This document shows, piece after piece, positions 28,752-40,981 of a stretch of DNA of 64,000 nt. The notes beneath the pieces were generated by a model, which searched no databases, was not told the DNA's origin, and worked only from the letters and a program-made list of their open reading frames with translations. The stretch lies in contig NC_068984.1 in NCBI RefSeq assembly GCF_001194135.2, positions 67,918,554-67,982,553 of the forward strand, read 5' to 3'. The DNA comes from Octopus bimaculoides. Its lineage: Eukaryota. The stretch's first letter is position 1. The number at the start of each line of letters is the position of its first letter. Position numbers and translations under genes: made by a program.

Positions 28752-28835
28752 AAAGCGGTGAGCTGGCAGAGTCGTTACTGCGTCGGGAAAAATATTTAGC
28801 GGCATTTCGTCCGTCTTTACGTTCTGTGTTCAAAT
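28752..28835 (+). mobile_element. SINE family B head fragment
   Basis: gcggtgagctggcagagtcgttac...gcggcatttcgtccgtctttacgttctgtgttcaaatt. Confidence 0.8.
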
Positions 28836-28859
28836 TTTTAATGCAATTCCTAATAATAT

Positions 28860-28973
28860 TTAATGATAAAACTATAATGGGATCTTTTTAAACATTGAAT
28901 GGTTTGTGGGATCCACTCGAGTAAAATAGGAGCCAAAGAGGGTTCATAAGTCAAAATTGGTTAAGAACCACTG
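28860..28973. mobile_element. hAT (Charlie-like) terminal fragment
   Basis: Ends ggttaagaaccactg, the reverse complement of a CAGTGGTTCTTAACC hAT terminus. Confidence 0.55.
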
Positions 28974-30529
28974 CTGTAGATAGTTGTTCAGTTGTGATAG
29001 AAGACAGATACCTTATCTGTATTCTCTTTTCATATTAGGCTAAAACTCATATTTCATTTTAGATAATAAACATCAAGCTATTGAAATGTTAAAATTCTAA
29101 GGGTCCCAGAAGGTTCCTAATACTTTGGAAGACAACTAAGGTTGTACTGAAAAAGTTTGTCGTATAATTTAGAAACATTTATAATTATACCAATATTATA
29201 AAATTTGATATCATTATAAAACATCAGAAGAAATTCGAGGGAAAGCTGAACAGCAGAGATTCTTCAGAGAAGACACCCCCAACCCTTATGCAGAAGTTTT
29301 GGCTTTTAACTCTTTACACTTTCAGGGCTCGAGCAGGCATCCAGGTCATTACTCCTGGGTATGTCGTTGCTGCTCTGTTTGTGTGCCACATTCCTGAGGA
29401 TTCAAAGTAACTTAGAAGCCAAGATACTTTAGACATAGTAACCTCTTCGCTGTGAGACACCAGCTGAACATAAATGTATTTATTATAATCATTACACTCA
29501 TACCATAAATGGAGGAAATCAATTTCATTGGCATTACTATTTGAATATTTATTTCAATCATTATTTCGATGGATTTTCGCGATTGTGAAAATATCTTCTA
29601 AATTTTATTCGGGTTCACACGAGCATTTCGTATCTGTGGCTGCAAGCTTATTTCCGTTAGTATTAGGGAAAGAAGTTTTTATTCAATTATATATTTTTTT
29701 CATTTCTGATGTTATTATTGTTGCTTAATCATTCTTGCCAAGTCAGCCTTGAGCATGCAGACTCATGATCGGATACGTTCTCAGACCATGCAAACTTTTT
29801 TACCGCTGATACATGGTATATCTATGACTATGCCATCCAATGTATGCACTTCTTTTTTAAGAGTATGTGTCCGTAGGAGATTTGACTGCTAATTCTAGGG
29901 TATCGAGCGACTATTTAGAATCCTCCATTTTAACTGCATCAATTTCTTCCATATTATTCACAAATATGTTTACTATCAGAAATATTTTCGATATAATAAA
30001 AAAAAATCTATTAATAGAATTAAAGAATTATTTCCATTAGACATTCACGACCTGTCTTTAAAATGTAGTCAAAACAGAAAAAAATTCCAGCAGTATTATA
30101 ATGTATTATATTACATTAGATATCAATAGATTATCATATATTATATTATAAAGTGAAAAAAAAAAAAACTCTTGAGAATATTATAGGAAGGTTATTAGTT
30201 TTAGAGCGATTTTTTTTTTCATTTCCCGCGCTTATCTTCATTCCAAGTTAGCTTGCAGCTTAGGAAATTGCCGCATATGTGAATAAAAGGTTATATTATT
30301 TGCATATAAACGATTATATAAATGGACGCCAATAAACAAAGTGAGATTTTCGGACGCAATCATTTTACACATAACGCAGTCAAACACAATCAGTCAAAAA
30401 CCAGCATTGAACAAATCAATGCAAAGTTTATATATTCTATGGTATATTCCAATGTCAAAATGGAATCAGGTCATTATGCTTGATATGGAGGTTACTGACA
30501 TTTCACAAATACACCAAAGGGCAAAAATA

Positions 30530-30565
<36 letters not shown>

Positions 30566-30580
30566 TAAATTCTTTTTTTA

Positions 30581-30900
30581 TTCTTTTACTTGTTTTAGTA
30601 ATTTGATTGTGGCCTTGTTGGAGCACCGCCTTTACTCAAACAAATCGACCCAAGGAATTATTCTTTGTAAGCCCAGTACTTATTCTGTTGGTCTCTTTCG
30701 CCGAACCGCTAAATTACAGGGATGTTAACACACCAACATCGGTTGTCAAGCGATGATTGTGGGGGACAAACAGACACACAAACACACACACACGCACACA
30801 CAAATATATATGACGGCTTTCTTTTAGTTTCCGTCTACCAAATCCACTCACAAGGCTTTGGCCCGAGACTATAGCAGAAGATACTTGCCCAAGGTACCAT
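30581..30900 (-). mobile_element. SINE family A, cut by a gap
   Basis: Reverse complement of the family A body and tail. Confidence 0.88.
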
Positions 30901-31396
30901 ATGTGTGTGTGTGTGTGTGTGTGTNNNNNNNNNNNNNNNNNNNNNNNNNNNNNNNNNNNNNNNNNNNNNNNNNNNNNNNNNNNNNNNNNNNNNNNNNNNN
31001 NNNNNNNNNNNNNNNNNNNNNNNNNNNNNNNNNNNNNNNNNNNNNNNNNNNNNNNNNNNNNNNNNNNNNNNNNNNNNNNNNNNNNNNNNNNNNNNNNNNN
31101 NNNNNNNNNNNNNNNNNNNNNNNNNNNNNNNNNNNNNNNNNNNNNNNNNNNNNNNNNNNNNNNNNNNNNNNNNNNNNNNNNNNNNNNNNNNNNNNNNNNN
31201 NNNNNNNNNNNNNNNNNNNNNNNNNNNNNNNNNNNNNNNNNNNNNNNNNNNNNNNNNNNNNNNNNNNNNNNNNNNNNNNNNNNNNNNNNNNNNNNNNNNN
31301 NNNNNNNNNNNNNNNNNNNNNNNNNNNNNNNNNNNNNNNNNNNNNNNNNNNNNNNNNNNNNNNNNNNNNNNNNNNNNNNNNNNNNNNNNNNNNNNN

Positions 31397-31711
31397 AGAA
31401 GTTGAAGAACTTGGCTTCAAAGTTATTCCCCACCCAGCTTATTCCCCAGACCTTTCTCCTACCGACTACCACTTTTTCAAGCATCTTGATGATTTTCTGC
31501 GAGAGGAGTTCAAAAACCAAACCGTTGCTGAAAGTGCGTTCAAAGAGTTATGAACTCCAAAACTCCAGATTTTTATGTTACCGGAACAAACAAACTTGTA
31601 ACTCGTTGGCAAAAATGTTCTTACTTTGATGAATAAAATTTCCGCATTGTTGAAATATATTGTGATGAATTTTCTGTTTCAAAACGTTGCTTACTTTTTA
31701 CTAAGCCTGAT
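31397..31711 (+). mobile_element. Mariner transposase C-terminus (Hsmar1/cecropia-like) with right TIR
   Basis: EELGFKVIPHPAYSPDLSPTDYHFFKHLDDFL...AESAFKEL, later LVTRWQK; terminus gcttactttttactaagcctgata. Confidence 0.88.
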
Positions 31712-32019
31712 ATTTTTAAAAAAACCGTTACTTATGTATATGTAAATGCAAACTTGTTTAATGCTTATGGGCGCGTGTGTGTGTAATGTGCTGAAAAAAC
31801 AAAAACAAAATGTCCGTTTGTTAGCTTAAACGATATTTCGATACAATTACTTTAAACCAGAAGCTAAAGAATATTATTCCTAATTTACACAAATACTTAT
31901 GATAGATTGAAATGTCATTAAAGTATTTAATCAATTAAGAGATTTATTATAAGTCACTCAGTTTCAATCTAGAAATTATAGTTAAATAATAAATTATTCA
32001 GTTCTATATTTAAGAGATG

Positions 32020-32190
32020 AGGAATTATGTACATTATTTACAATTGACGGATATTTGTCCTCATCTTGTTTGTTGTTAACACGTTTCGGCTGATATACCC
32101 TCCACCCTTTATCAGGTGTCTTAGGGAAATTTCGAACCTGGGTTCTCATTCCTAAGGTATTTTTCGATGTTGTTATTATTATTATTATTA
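32020..32190 (-). mobile_element. Penelope-like element pseudo-LTR fragment carrying a minimal hammerhead motif
   Basis: Minus strand gacac-CTGATAA-a-gggtg gagggtatat cagcc-GAAAC-gtgtt; (TTA)n at the other end. Confidence 0.65.
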
Positions 32191-32659
32191 TTATTTTTAC
32201 ATATATGTATATATATATATATATATATGTGCATACATACATTTAGATACATATATGTTCATGCGCATGTAATTTTGTGTGTGTGTATGTGTGTGTATAT
32301 ATGTGTGTATGAATATATGATACATGCATTTATGTTTGTATGTGTGTGTGTATGCATGCATGTATAAATTGAATGTTGGTACAGTCTGTATGGATAGTTA
32401 AGAAGATCATTTCGCAATCACGAGGCTAATATTCAATTCCACAGTGTTATCTTGAGCCAGCGTCATTTTTTAAAAACTCGAGTGAAGCCACACCTTATGG
32501 GTGAGATTTGGTAGACGGACATTGTATGGAAGGAAGCTTGCGCTGGATGCATCGTAGCCTTAATCAAAAATCTAGTTGTACCAAACCATTTTGGAAGGTT
32601 TCTCCTTGGAAACTGTTGAGCTAAATATATTGTAAAATACCCACCTACTTACACATTAA

Positions 32660-32873
32660 TACAACAGGGTGCTGAAAGGTCCCTGGCTTTTGGGTAATAA
32701 AATACAGGAGGATCAATTAATTATGATGTTATTCAACATATTCCTCTCTCAGATTCACACATTTATTGCAGCGGTTCCTCAGCTTTTCTAAGCCCTGTAG
32801 AAGAACTCGTACGGTTGGGCCTCCAACTTTCGCGATACTCTTAAAGTCATGAACTTCTCAGTATCCCCTCGTG
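32660..32873 (+). mobile_element. Mariner-derived MITE, copy 1
   Basis: TIR-like ends gggtgctgaaaggtccctggc / gaacttctcagtatcccctcgt; body matches 33500-33713 in inverted orientation. Confidence 0.85.
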
Positions 32874-33499
32874 CAGTGAAAATAGTAATTCAGTTGGTCA
32901 AACTAAGGAAAAGTCAGGGTCGGAAAATCTGATCATATCCATTTCATTATACACGTTTACTTATTTACCTTTTTTTCAACCTGCATGACGTGGTAATTTT
33001 GGAGCACCATATATATTATATATACGTCATTAGCGACAGAAGTAATATCAGTTCAGAATAGTATTGTGAATATGTTACTTAACGTGGATATACTGTCAGA
33101 AAGTCACAACCCTGAGGTATTCGTTCTGAGAAAGCATCGCGTGTAGATGTAAAGTGGTATAGAAGTATCAGTTGATGTGTCGTGTCTTTCTTACAGTGTG
33201 CCCACGTTAAATAAGATATACGGTATAATGTGTGTGTGTGTGTGTGTGTGTTTCTGTTTGTGTGTATATATACATATATACTTGACTTCATATGAACTTA
33301 GATATTCCGAGAGAAAGTGAAATAATTCCTTTTTGGAAACAATGAAACTCGAAGCAGAGACAGCTATAAAAATAGCGTGAAAATATTGTTTGTTTTTTTT
33401 TTAGCCCAATATTTACTCGTTATTATTCATAGTTTTCTGTGCTTCGAGAATCACTTTCATTGTGTGTGTGGGGGGGGGTTACACACGCACGCGCACAAT

Positions 33500-33713
33500 C
33501 AGTGCTGAAAAGTTCCTGGCTTTGAAGATGTCACGAAAGGCCTGGTTGGAAGCCCAACCTTCCGAATTCTTTTACAGGGCTAAGAAAAGCTGAGGGACCG
33601 CTGCAGTTAAGTGTATGAATCTGAGAGAGAGATATGTTGAATAAAATCATAATTAAGTGATCCTCCTGTATTCTCTTTTACTTAAAGCCAAGAACTTTCA
33701 GCACCCCCTCGTA
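33500..33713 (-). mobile_element. Mariner-derived MITE, copy 2
   Basis: gtgctgaaaagttcctggcttt / aaagccaagaactttcagcaccccctcgta, ending in TA. Confidence 0.85.
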
Positions 33714-34132
33714 TATATATATTCACTGTAAAGAGAGTAAAGCTCATATAATCAATTATTCTATCGATTGCTTAACACATTTCGCCCGTAGCATAACCTT
33801 TTTTTTTATTACGAAATGAACTTGTAGTTTGTGTATTACTAATAGTATGAACGAATGCAACATATGAAGATATATTTTAGCAAACGGACACTTCTGTGTT
33901 TTTTTTTTTTTTCTTTTTTACATAGAGAATTCATGTCTCAAGAAATATCACTACGCAATTACATTACAAAATTTCAACTTGGCTTCCTTGAAAACTACAT
34001 AAATCATACACGAAATTTGAAAATGATATCAGGAATTGTGAAACACTAGAATGGGAGAAATTTATAACTACGTATAGTATGCATGATTTGTAGCTTGTAT
34101 TCATATATATTTTTTTTAGAGTAACGAGCCGG

Positions 34133-34181
<49 letters not shown>

Positions 34182-36319
34182 ATGTATCTATCTATCTATT
34201 TATTCTGTATGTGTGCGTGTTTCTATGTCTATACACATACATATTTATACAAACATTGTAACTCATCTATTTGTCATGACATTTTGAGAAATCGACATGG
34301 AGACATATCTGATACAATTTTGCAGCTTTACACTGTAGCTATGATATTACGGATAGTTGATGATATTTGATAATCGTACTTTGCTGAAAAGATGAATAGA
34401 TATACAGCGAAAAATTCTTCTAAACTCAATTTGAGGAAATAAAGAAGCTGTCGACGATAGTTGATTGTATCTTTATTTTATTTCCCGGTTTCAATTTAGG
34501 ATTTCATCACCGTAAACAGAAACGATGTTCCTTATTTTTTTTATTTTTTCAAGTGTGTGAAATATTTGAGTTATTAACGGCAAAACAAACTTGTTGAGAT
34601 TTTGTTGTTGTTGTTCAAGTCGACCCTAATTTAGCAAATCTATGCATAAAAGCTTTCCATCAATGATCATGCAGTCGCTCTTTTTTTATATGCATTATAT
34701 TAATGATCGACCAGCTAAGTTGCAAGGATGACGTACAACCAGCTAAGAGCTCATCAGCTTTCCTAGTTTACTCGGTACTCTGTTGTGTTAGTCGCTCTTA
34801 TACGTAACTCTCAAGTGTTCTTCTTTGATCTCTTTGTATGTAATTCGCAATAGGAAAAAAAAAACACCAATCCAAAGAGCGTCAAAACACTTGATTCAGT
34901 TTGTCATTATAGTTCCAAGTTCAATTACGTCTATGGAAAATTTCCCTGCAAAAGATTAACGAACTATATGGGAGAAGATTTATCACTCTTATGCATGAGA
35001 GAAGATAAGTACCAAGCTATGTGTTTTATTGTGATTCAGAAGACAATTCGCTGTTCTAACTCTTATTCGTCCTTTCACAGATTCCACTGTTCTCAAACCA
35101 CCTCCACTCGGGTATTCCAGACTTATACGTATCTCATCCTCTCGCCATCCAGTACTGTACCATACCCAGTCTTTACACTAACGACTATTTTCCTCAGCAA
35201 ATCCTTCCCTGTCCATGTTTTCTCTACTATGTCGACTCGCAAATGTTCAAAAGGAACATAAACTGCATCGACATCACCAGTCTTACAAGGCCTGTGATGG
35301 CCTAACTTATCCTTTCTCTCTATTATCAAAAGCTTAGCAAATATTTTATCCATTTTGCTGTTTCGTCGGTATACGGGCATAGTAACCAGTTTTATGTATA
35401 CTTACAGTAACAGTACATTTACGTATCAAGGACGATATTAGGTCGGTAAAATTTGACTCGTGTTAAAAGGAAGGTTACAAGCTCCTCGACTTCAGGTTGG
35501 TCTATGAATCATGCAGCTTCAGTTGAAACAATAGATTGAACATTTTCAGTGGAAATAGTCGTCTCTAAAATGTTTTAAATTGTCAAACTAATAGAATAAT
35601 GTAAATTTTGGATATAACATGGCTTTTAGAATTATAATAACATTTTCAATGGAAGTTTAATGCAGACAACATATTTCAAGTGTTCCCTTAAAGGTGAATG
35701 TAAAAGAAAAATAACTTATTGAATTACAACTTCAAATAATTGCTTCAAGTCTATTTCTTGCTTTGTTTTAAGAATGGTAGCATGAAAGAATCTGAGAATT
35801 AGTGGGTGTTACCATTTTAGAATAAATGTTATTATTTTTGTCTCTATGTTCTGTAAATTTGAAAACCCTTTGAGTGAAAAATTTCTGTAAACATCATTTT
35901 ATTTATTTAAAAGTGTTGAAAAGAAACTCACAGTAAGTAGCATAGTATGTTAAATATCATTTTTCTATTCAGAACTTTTAAGAAAATGCTTTCTATCATT
36001 ACTTCAAAATGTAAAATTTGCTACACGTGTTTTATTATCTACTTCTGTGTATTTCTCCGCCATACTCTGGACATAAGGGAGAGAATCAAATCATAAAAAA
36101 AAATTTCCTGAATGTCAGTGGAAATATCCCATGATCGTGACATGTACAGCAATATGAATTTCAGATCTGTAAATACCTGCCAGAATGGAAAATTAGGTAT
36201 TATACTGATCAACAGGAATACATGGGTTGTAGTTGACAATCAATTAATTTGTTAGAAACGTATGCATTTTTCCTTATCCACTTGATCGAAAAAAAATGTA
36301 ACGGCAGTCCAATATTACT

Positions 36320-36556
36320 ATGTGGTTCAGAAGTTTACTTAGAAACTACATGGTTTCAGATTTAATCCGACTGCATAAAACCTCTAGTCATCGTATTTTA
36401 TCGAAGCCTTGGGATGGTCAAAGCCTTGGGATGGTCAAAGCATTGGGATGGTCAAAGCATTGGGATGGTCAAAGCATTGGGATGGTCAAAGCCTTGGGAT
36501 GGTCAAAGCATTGGGATAGTCAAAGCCTTGGGATGGTCAAAGCCTTGTGAGTGAAA
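36320..36556 (+). mobile_element. Diverged SINE family A fragment hosting a minisatellite
   Basis: tatgtggttcagaagtttactt..actacatggtttcagatttaatcc head; resumes aaagccttgtgagtg after the array. Confidence 0.6.
36404..36546 (+). repeat. 17-bp minisatellite aagc(c/a)ttgggatggtca, 8 full units plus a partial unit
   Basis: Units counted directly at 36404, 36421, 36438, 36455, 36472, 36489, 36506 and 36523. Confidence 0.97.
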
Positions 36557-38281
36557 CCTCTAAACTGACACCATAAAAAAGTTCACCGGAGGGGTCGTTT
36601 CTGTTATAAGATATTAGATGAACTCACCTCTTGGCTTAACCCTATCATCTGATGCTTGGGTCTTTAGCAGAAGGCACTCTAATGAAATACTTCGATTAAG
36701 ATCTCTAGTTGGAGGGTAGTTTCTCTCTTATTAAACTACTTTAACCTGCAGGAGGTTATGAACACTTTTTTTCTCTTCTGACTTAACCATCCAAAAATTA
36801 AGAAAAAATAGAAGCAACTAAGATTACTGGTATACTTTATTACAAGCAACTATTATTTTTATAATAAATTATAATACATTGGGGAACGATGATTAATTCA
36901 ATATGAAGAATTAATTAATATTTGCTATTAAGATATGAAATATACTACTGTTGATTCAAAACACCCTTAATATATGCCTCTGACATACAATAAAAGAAAG
37001 ATGGTTCGCATTTGGGAATTTAATGATAGAATATTTTGTAATATAGAAATGAGACGGAGAAAGATAGATAGTCAGAGAGAGGGAGAGGGAGGGAGAGAGA
37101 GAATGACTAGAATAGCATAAAAAGAAGCAGATTGAGAAAGAGGAAGAAGAAATGATAGAATCAATATACAACACAAACTGTTCAATAAATTTTTGCTGAA
37201 TACTTTGGTGAATGTTAAATAAATCAATGTTGTATAACGCATGATTCATGTATTATGCTAGTTATTTTTTTTTTCTTAAGATTCTTCAGAAGTGCACACA
37301 TTTAGTTTAATAATGATATGCATTCTGCCCTCAAAGTGACTTCCCATTTTGATTCTACCGAATTCAGAAAACAGATAATGACTCAAGCCAATAGGAGACT
37401 ACTTAATCCTAGATTAGTAATGGAAGAAAACATTTACAGATATCCAGCTATGCTAAGGTTTAAATACAAGATCATGAAATATCTGATTCATGTCAAGAGG
37501 TTTATTGATGCGGTAAGATTTCAGAAAATGGCTTAAGATAACACGATAGGAAATCTTACACAGCTGAACAATGTTTTTCCTTTTCTTTTATAATTTCTTT
37601 CGCAATATAAAGCATAAGGCTAGAGATATTTCTGTTGTGTAAAGACAATCTTGAAAGAAGAGTGGGGAATAAATTATGTTAAATAAAACAGAGAATTTTT
37701 AAAATAAATAATTAAAAAATAGACATGAGATAAAAGAACTCCAGAAAATAGCATAGCACTTGATCAGGAAGTAAAACGTGTAGATTGAGAATTAAAAAAA
37801 AAAGTCTGAAGAATCAACAAAAAACATCAGAATGTAATGAACTCAGATGTTAAGAATGACTGGGATCGAAGTTGGTTGGGTTGATATGATAAAAAATTAT
37901 TTTGGAATCTGTTTTATGTTCCTGCTTGAAAGTTGGTAAACCTCATTTCAATTCTTAATAATAAAGTGGATGCTGGTATACTTGATTATGTAATAAAAGA
38001 ATCTAATTGATTGAAATTAATTAGATATGGAGCGCACCAAACACGCTTTGATCATGTTAGACTTCGTCGGTGAAAAATTACTTAACTGTGCTTGCAAAAT
38101 ATTAAAACGACTAGAGAGATATAGCTTTTACGTAAATGAATATTTATGACCTAATATCAAATAATCACTGGTTTCTAAAATTATTCAAAGCTCCGTTGTT
38201 GGAATGTAGATAACAAAAGCATTGTCACAATTTAAACTTGAGAAAAGTTAATGTATTTTTATTGTTCTACTTACAGATTGT

Positions 38282-38930
38282 GTGGAGGCGCAATGGCCCA
38301 GTGGTTAGGGCAGCGGACTCGCGGTCATAGGATCGTGGTTTCGATTCCCAGATCGAGCGTTGTGAGTGTTTATTGAGCGAAAACCCCTAAAGCTCCACGG
38401 GGCTCCGGCAGGGGATGGTGGCGAACCCTGCTGTACTCTTTCTCTCACTCTTTCTTCCTGTTTCTGCTATGCTTGTAATTCAAAGGGTCAGCCTTGTCAC
38501 ACTGTGTCACGCTGAATATCCACGTGTCTGTGGAGTGCTCAGCCACTTGCACGTTAATTTCACGAGCAGGCTGTTCAGTTGGTCGGATCAACTGGAGNNN
38601 NNNNNNNAGCGGACTCGCGGTCATAGGATCGTGGTTTCGATTCCCAGATCGAGCGTTGTGAGTGTTTATTGAGCGAAAACCCCTAAAGCTCCACGGGGCT
38701 CCGGCAGGGGATGGTGGCGAACCCTGCTGTACTCTTTCTCTCACTCTTTCTTCCTGTTTCTGCTATGCTTGTAATTCAAAGGGTCAGCCTTGTCACACTG
38801 TGTCACGCTGAATATCCACGTGTCTGTGGAGTGCTCAGCCACTTGCACGTTAATTTCACGAGCAGGCTGTTCAGTTGGTCGGATCAACTGGAGCCCTCGA
38901 CGTCGTAAGCGACGGAGTGCCAACAACAAC
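38282..38930 (+). mobile_element. Young tRNA(Arg-like)-headed SINE family C with 12-bp TSD; appears twice across a 10-N gap
   Basis: tggcccagtggttagg A box, ggtttcgattccc B box, (CAA)n tail; TSD cttacagattgt at 38270-38281 and 38930-38941; 38312-38597 is identical to 38608-38893. Confidence 0.92.
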
Positions 38931-39636
38931 TTACAGATTGTATTTGTAATGTTGATTTCTTTTTTTGAAAGCCCATGCTTTACTAAACTGCCAATTAGGC
39001 ATTTACTCACAAAACTAATTGCCCTAATTATTATTGGTATAAATGTGAATTTATTATCTGGATATAGATGCTGGAAGTTTTGAAGCAGTTGTCCATAGTT
39101 TTCCTCTTTCTCTTTGATTTGTAAAGAGATATTCACCTCAGCAGAACAGCTGACCTCTATGACAGTACATACTTTTTCTTGTCAATCGCAAACAACATCT
39201 GGCCTGTTATGTTTACACCTGACAGATGTTTTGATAGGAATGTTCCAATTGTATTCCTTGTCTTGATGTTTGTGTACATGTTCAATAATAGTGGAGTCAT
39301 CTATATTCATTCCAGAACAGTCTTTTCTTTTTCTAAATGACACTGTATATTGTTTACACAACAACGCCATTTCGTATAAGGTGGTGGTACCTTGATGACA
39401 TTTTTGGGAAGTTGCTAATCATGTTTGATGACATCCACAGAAATAGAACAGTCTACATTATCAGTTGCATCTTGGAGCCCCAAAGGCTTCTCTCTTTTGT
39501 TTATTAAGTATTTCGTAGCAATCTCCTGTTCTTGGATTGCGAATGTGTATAACCTTCGAAGCGTGATGTGATGTTGCGACTACGAGTTCAAAAGATGTTG
39601 CTCTTCATGTCAATATGGCTGTCTTCAAGGGGTTTA

Positions 39637-39668
39637 TAGGGGGTCTATACCCATGCATAGACCCCCTA
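39637..39668. other. GC-rich 12-bp hairpin inside a ~130-bp insertion in the LINE
   Basis: tagggggtctat-acccatgc-atagacccccta. Confidence 0.8.
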
Positions 39669-40735
39669 CTTTTTTTGGTATGCTGAGCGTTTCACATACA
39701 GGTCATCTTAGAGGTATATTAGTTAAACTACATGGGGGGGGGGGTTATGGGAGATAATCAGGAAGTGGGTGCTTCTTGAGGCACTTGCTGTCCACGCATA
39801 GGATAGCATTCTCTTCACTTTTCATCACTAAGTTAATGTATTAACTTTTGCTGCTGTTGCTTAGGAAGTCCTATTTAAGAGAGACTATACAATATTTGAA
39901 CGCTGTCTGTACAGATCTCAAGCCTCGTTCTCCTTCATTGCTTCTTAGATAGAGCCAATCAATATCATTATTTCTATGGAGATTTCCAGTTGATGTCATC
40001 ATATTACTAGTTTTAACGTCTATGGACTGAATTTCCTCTACATGTAGTCAAGTATCCCAAATGTCGGTATCGACACAGGTAATGTAAATAAGTGGGATAT
40101 TGTCTTGTAAAAGGCGAGCTCCAATAGCCATATTTTTCTAAGTCTGGTATAATATTTTTTCTTTATTTACAGTACCTTCGTATGATATATTTTCATCAAT
40201 ACCCAGGTACTTGTATCATTCTTTGCATTGGACAGGAAGGCTAGTTAGACCATTGATGCACAGGTTTAGGGTATGATTTTCCTCGCTCAACAGTCAAATA
40301 TAAACATTTCATTTAGCCAAATTCAATTCCTATATCATCTGAAAATACTGTTAATCCCAGCTGTTTCTTTTTTTTTGTCTGGCATTGCTAACATTTTTGG
40401 CATAAACCTTGAGGTCATCTACAAAGAAATTATGGGTTACATTAATATCACTTGCATTTGCCGGTCCTAGCATGTAGCCATTTGGTTTTGTAGCAGAAAT
40501 AAGGGATTTAATGCTAAAATGAACAGGGTGACAGAAAGACTATCTCTTTGGAATAATTCCTTTGAAAAATTTATAACATTGGAGACAATTGTTCCGCTTT
40601 TACTTCTAAGTGTAAGAATTGTTGCTCAGGTCTTTGTGAGCCTCTCAATGGCAGCAATTAAGGTAGCATCTGAATCTCTCAAAGGCAGTAACATACATAC
40701 ATATATATATAACATGTATGTGTGTGTGTGTGCGT

Positions 40736-40738
<3 letters not shown>

Positions 40739-40815
<77 letters not shown>
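40739..40815. repeat. (AG)n microsatellite
   Basis: Direct observation. Confidence 0.98.
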
Positions 40816-40818
<3 letters not shown>

Positions 40819-40981
40819 TGTGTGTGTGTGTATGTTTGGAATATATTTGATTATGAATACCAACCAACAAGATGGCAAAGGAAAATACGTTCGGATGTTG
40901 TTTAACTTACAAACATGTGACAACAGAATGTGAAAATCAAATTCAGAATTATCTATATTTGAATTCAAATGAGACATATCT

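Larger units (their letters stand above)
38200..40690 (-). mobile_element. R4/Dong-type (RLE) non-LTR retrotransposon, 5'-truncated, decayed and interrupted
   Basis: Minus-strand motifs in order: ELFQRDSLSVTLFILALNP (RT4), HNFFVDDLKVYAKN (RT5), YKYLGIDENISY (RT7), FAIQEQEIATKYL, EYNWNIPIKTSVRCKHNRPD (RLE PD motif), KEKEENYGQLLQNFQHLYPDNKFTFIPIII, and QIQSVSRTIKI..TFLKFKL* once the SINE is removed. Confidence 0.85.

Noticed and set aside
36404-36546. CRISPR-like array
   Set aside because: Units are contiguous with no unique spacers, there are no cas genes, and the DNA is eukaryotic.
38282-38355. tRNA gene
   Set aside because: A and B boxes are present but the acceptor and anticodon stems do not close, and the sequence continues into a SINE body with a tail and TSD.
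38312-38893. Apparent tandem duplication of SINE family C
   Set aside because: The two 286-bp copies are identical, separated by a 10-N gap and share one TSD pair; most likely unmerged overlapping contigs.
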